Assembly: GCF_006345805.1 (NCBI RefSeq)
Contig: NC_043007.1
Coordinates: 53,878,001 to 53,942,000, forward strand
DNA length: 64,000 nt
Reading direction: 5' to 3'
Source: Octopus sinensis
Lineage: Eukaryota
Shown: in pieces, positions 62,230 to 64,000 of the stretch
Numbering within the stretch: position 1 is the first letter of the stretch
How the letters are laid out: every line of letters starts with the position of its first letter
Made by a program: the position numbers and the translations under genes
Notes under the pieces: generated by a model
What the model saw: only the letters and a program-made list of their open reading frames with translations
Told to the model about the DNA's origin: nothing
Databases searched by the model: none

Positions 62230-64000
62230 AAGGTAATCGAGGTAGTCAGAGTAAGTGACAGAGTAATTAAAATTAGATTAGTCCTTCACCACAGGACAGC
62301 TACCATCATCTCGGCATATGCCCCTCAACCAGGACTACCAGAAGGACAAAAAGACCAATTCTATGACACCCTATTGCGGACTACCTCGTTGACAAATGAC
62401 AGTGACCTTCTCTTCGTGGCAGGTGATTTCAATGGACATGTCGGACGGCATGTCGGGGGCTTCCATGGCGTCCATGGAGGCTACGGTTTTGGCTCTCGAA
62501 ATGAGGAGGGAACCAGGCTGCTGGAGTTCTGCGATGCAAATGACCTTATGGTCTGCAATACCAACTTCAGGAAACCCACCTCTCACCTAGTCACCTACCG
62601 TTCTGGCAGACACACCAGCCAGATTGACTACATCCTTGCCAGAAAAAGGGAAAGAGGGCTGATTATAAATGCCAAAACCTTTCCAGGCGAAGAATGTACT
62701 TCTCAACATAGATTAGTAGTCAGGATCAGAGCTAAATGGTTGCCCAGAAGAAGACCAGCTTGGAGGAGAAGGGTCTGGAAGCTTAAAGATCCTGCAAATG
62801 GACAGAGATTTAGAGACATACTACTCGACGCCTTTGACGAAATAGAAGGGGGTATAGCTTCACTTAATGTGGAAGACAACTGGAGATTTCTACGGGACAA
62901 TCTGCTGACAGCCACTGACCAGATCTGTGGATAGAGCAAAGTACCATCTCGACCCAGAGTAACATGGTGGTGGAACACTGTGGTTGACAGGGCTATTAGA
63001 CAAAAGAGACAGGCTTGGAAGGACTGGAAGAACAGTGGTAGCAGGGAATTGTATCAGACAGCCAGAAGGGAAGCTAGGAGACAGGTTTATTTAGCCAGAG
63101 GGGAAGCGGATAAGAAAAAATTTGCCAATGTTCTGCACCGTGAGGATGAAAGACTTGAGGTATTTCGTGTTGCAAGACAGTGTGTGAGAGAGAATCGTGA
63201 TGTGGTAGGAGAGAAGTGTGTTCGCATGGATGATGGTTCACTTGCGCTAAATGAGGATGCAAAGAGAGAGGTTTGGAGATGCCACTATGAAAGGTTGCTG
63301 AATAAAGAAAATGAATGGGATAAAGAGAGTCTGCCGAATGTTGACCCAACAGAGGGACCAGCTATCTGAGTTGATAGTTCCGTGGTGGCTAAGGCAATTA
63401 GAAGCATGAAGACAGGGAAAGCCCCAGGCCCATCAGGAATTACTGCAGAGATGCTCAAAATATCTGGCAGTGTCGGCTATAACCTAGTCACCCGTATAGT
63501 CAACCAGGTGATACACGAAGGAGTCATACCCAATGACTGGTGTAGCAGCATACTAGTCAACTGCTACAAAGGTAAAGGTGATGCCCTAGATACAAATAAT
63601 TACAGAGGTATCAAGCTGTTGGATCAGGTAATGAAGGTTACGGAGAGGGTCATAGCCCAACTAATTAGAGAGAGAGTTAGTTTAGATGAGATGCAGTTTG
63701 GGTTCGTGCCAGGGAAAAGCACCACTGATGCTATATTCCTGGTAAGGCAGCTGCAGGAGAAATACCTAGCCAAAGATAAGCCCCTGTACCTGGCTTTCGT
63801 TGACATGGAGAAAGCCTTTGATAGGGTCCCCCGATCCCTCATCTGGTGGTCAATGAGGAAACTAGGAATAGATGAATGGCTGGTGAGGGCTGTGCAAGCC
63901 ATGTACAGAGATGCCGTAAGTAAGGTTAGGGTTGGCAATATGTACACAGAGAAATTCAAAGTAGAGGTTGGGGTCCACCAGGGTTCAGTACTCCGCCCCC
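62230..64000 (+). mobile_element. RTE LINE (APE - RT), runs off the window
   Basis: ISAYAPQ, AGDFNGHVG, SQIDYIL, NYRGIKLL, AFVDMEKAFDRVP, GVHQGSVL; several stops. Confidence 0.93.

Overview
AT-rich, repeat-dominated animal genomic DNA, most likely a coleoid cephalopod (Octopus-like). The species is inferred from the tRNA-derived SINE, RTE/CR1/R4-Dong/Penelope families and long (AT)n/(GT)n tracts. One host gene is supportable: three + strand exons (796-881, 15428-15629, 20285-20401) that splice in frame into one complete galectin carbohydrate-recognition domain with a non-canonical sugar-binding motif. Its start codon and any upstream exons were not found. Almost everything else is transposon-derived, including a piggyBac split by two Helitrons (one carrying a full-length Ty3/Gypsy element) and a near-intact IR/DR Tc1. 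The main unusual signals are two. (1) The Gypsy element has no canonical TGG primer-binding site; the 12 nt abutting its 5' LTR are the exact complement of nt 1-12 of metazoan tRNA-Phe as recalled from memory, suggesting priming by a 5' tRNA fragment. (2) Several Penelope-like element ends fold into minimal hammerhead ribozymes with variant cores, one lying sense inside the galectin intron. Region 28-40 kb (N-gap, fold-back, G-depleted tract, 2.2-kb AT array) may be partly an assembly artefact. All alignments were done by eye and no searches were run.
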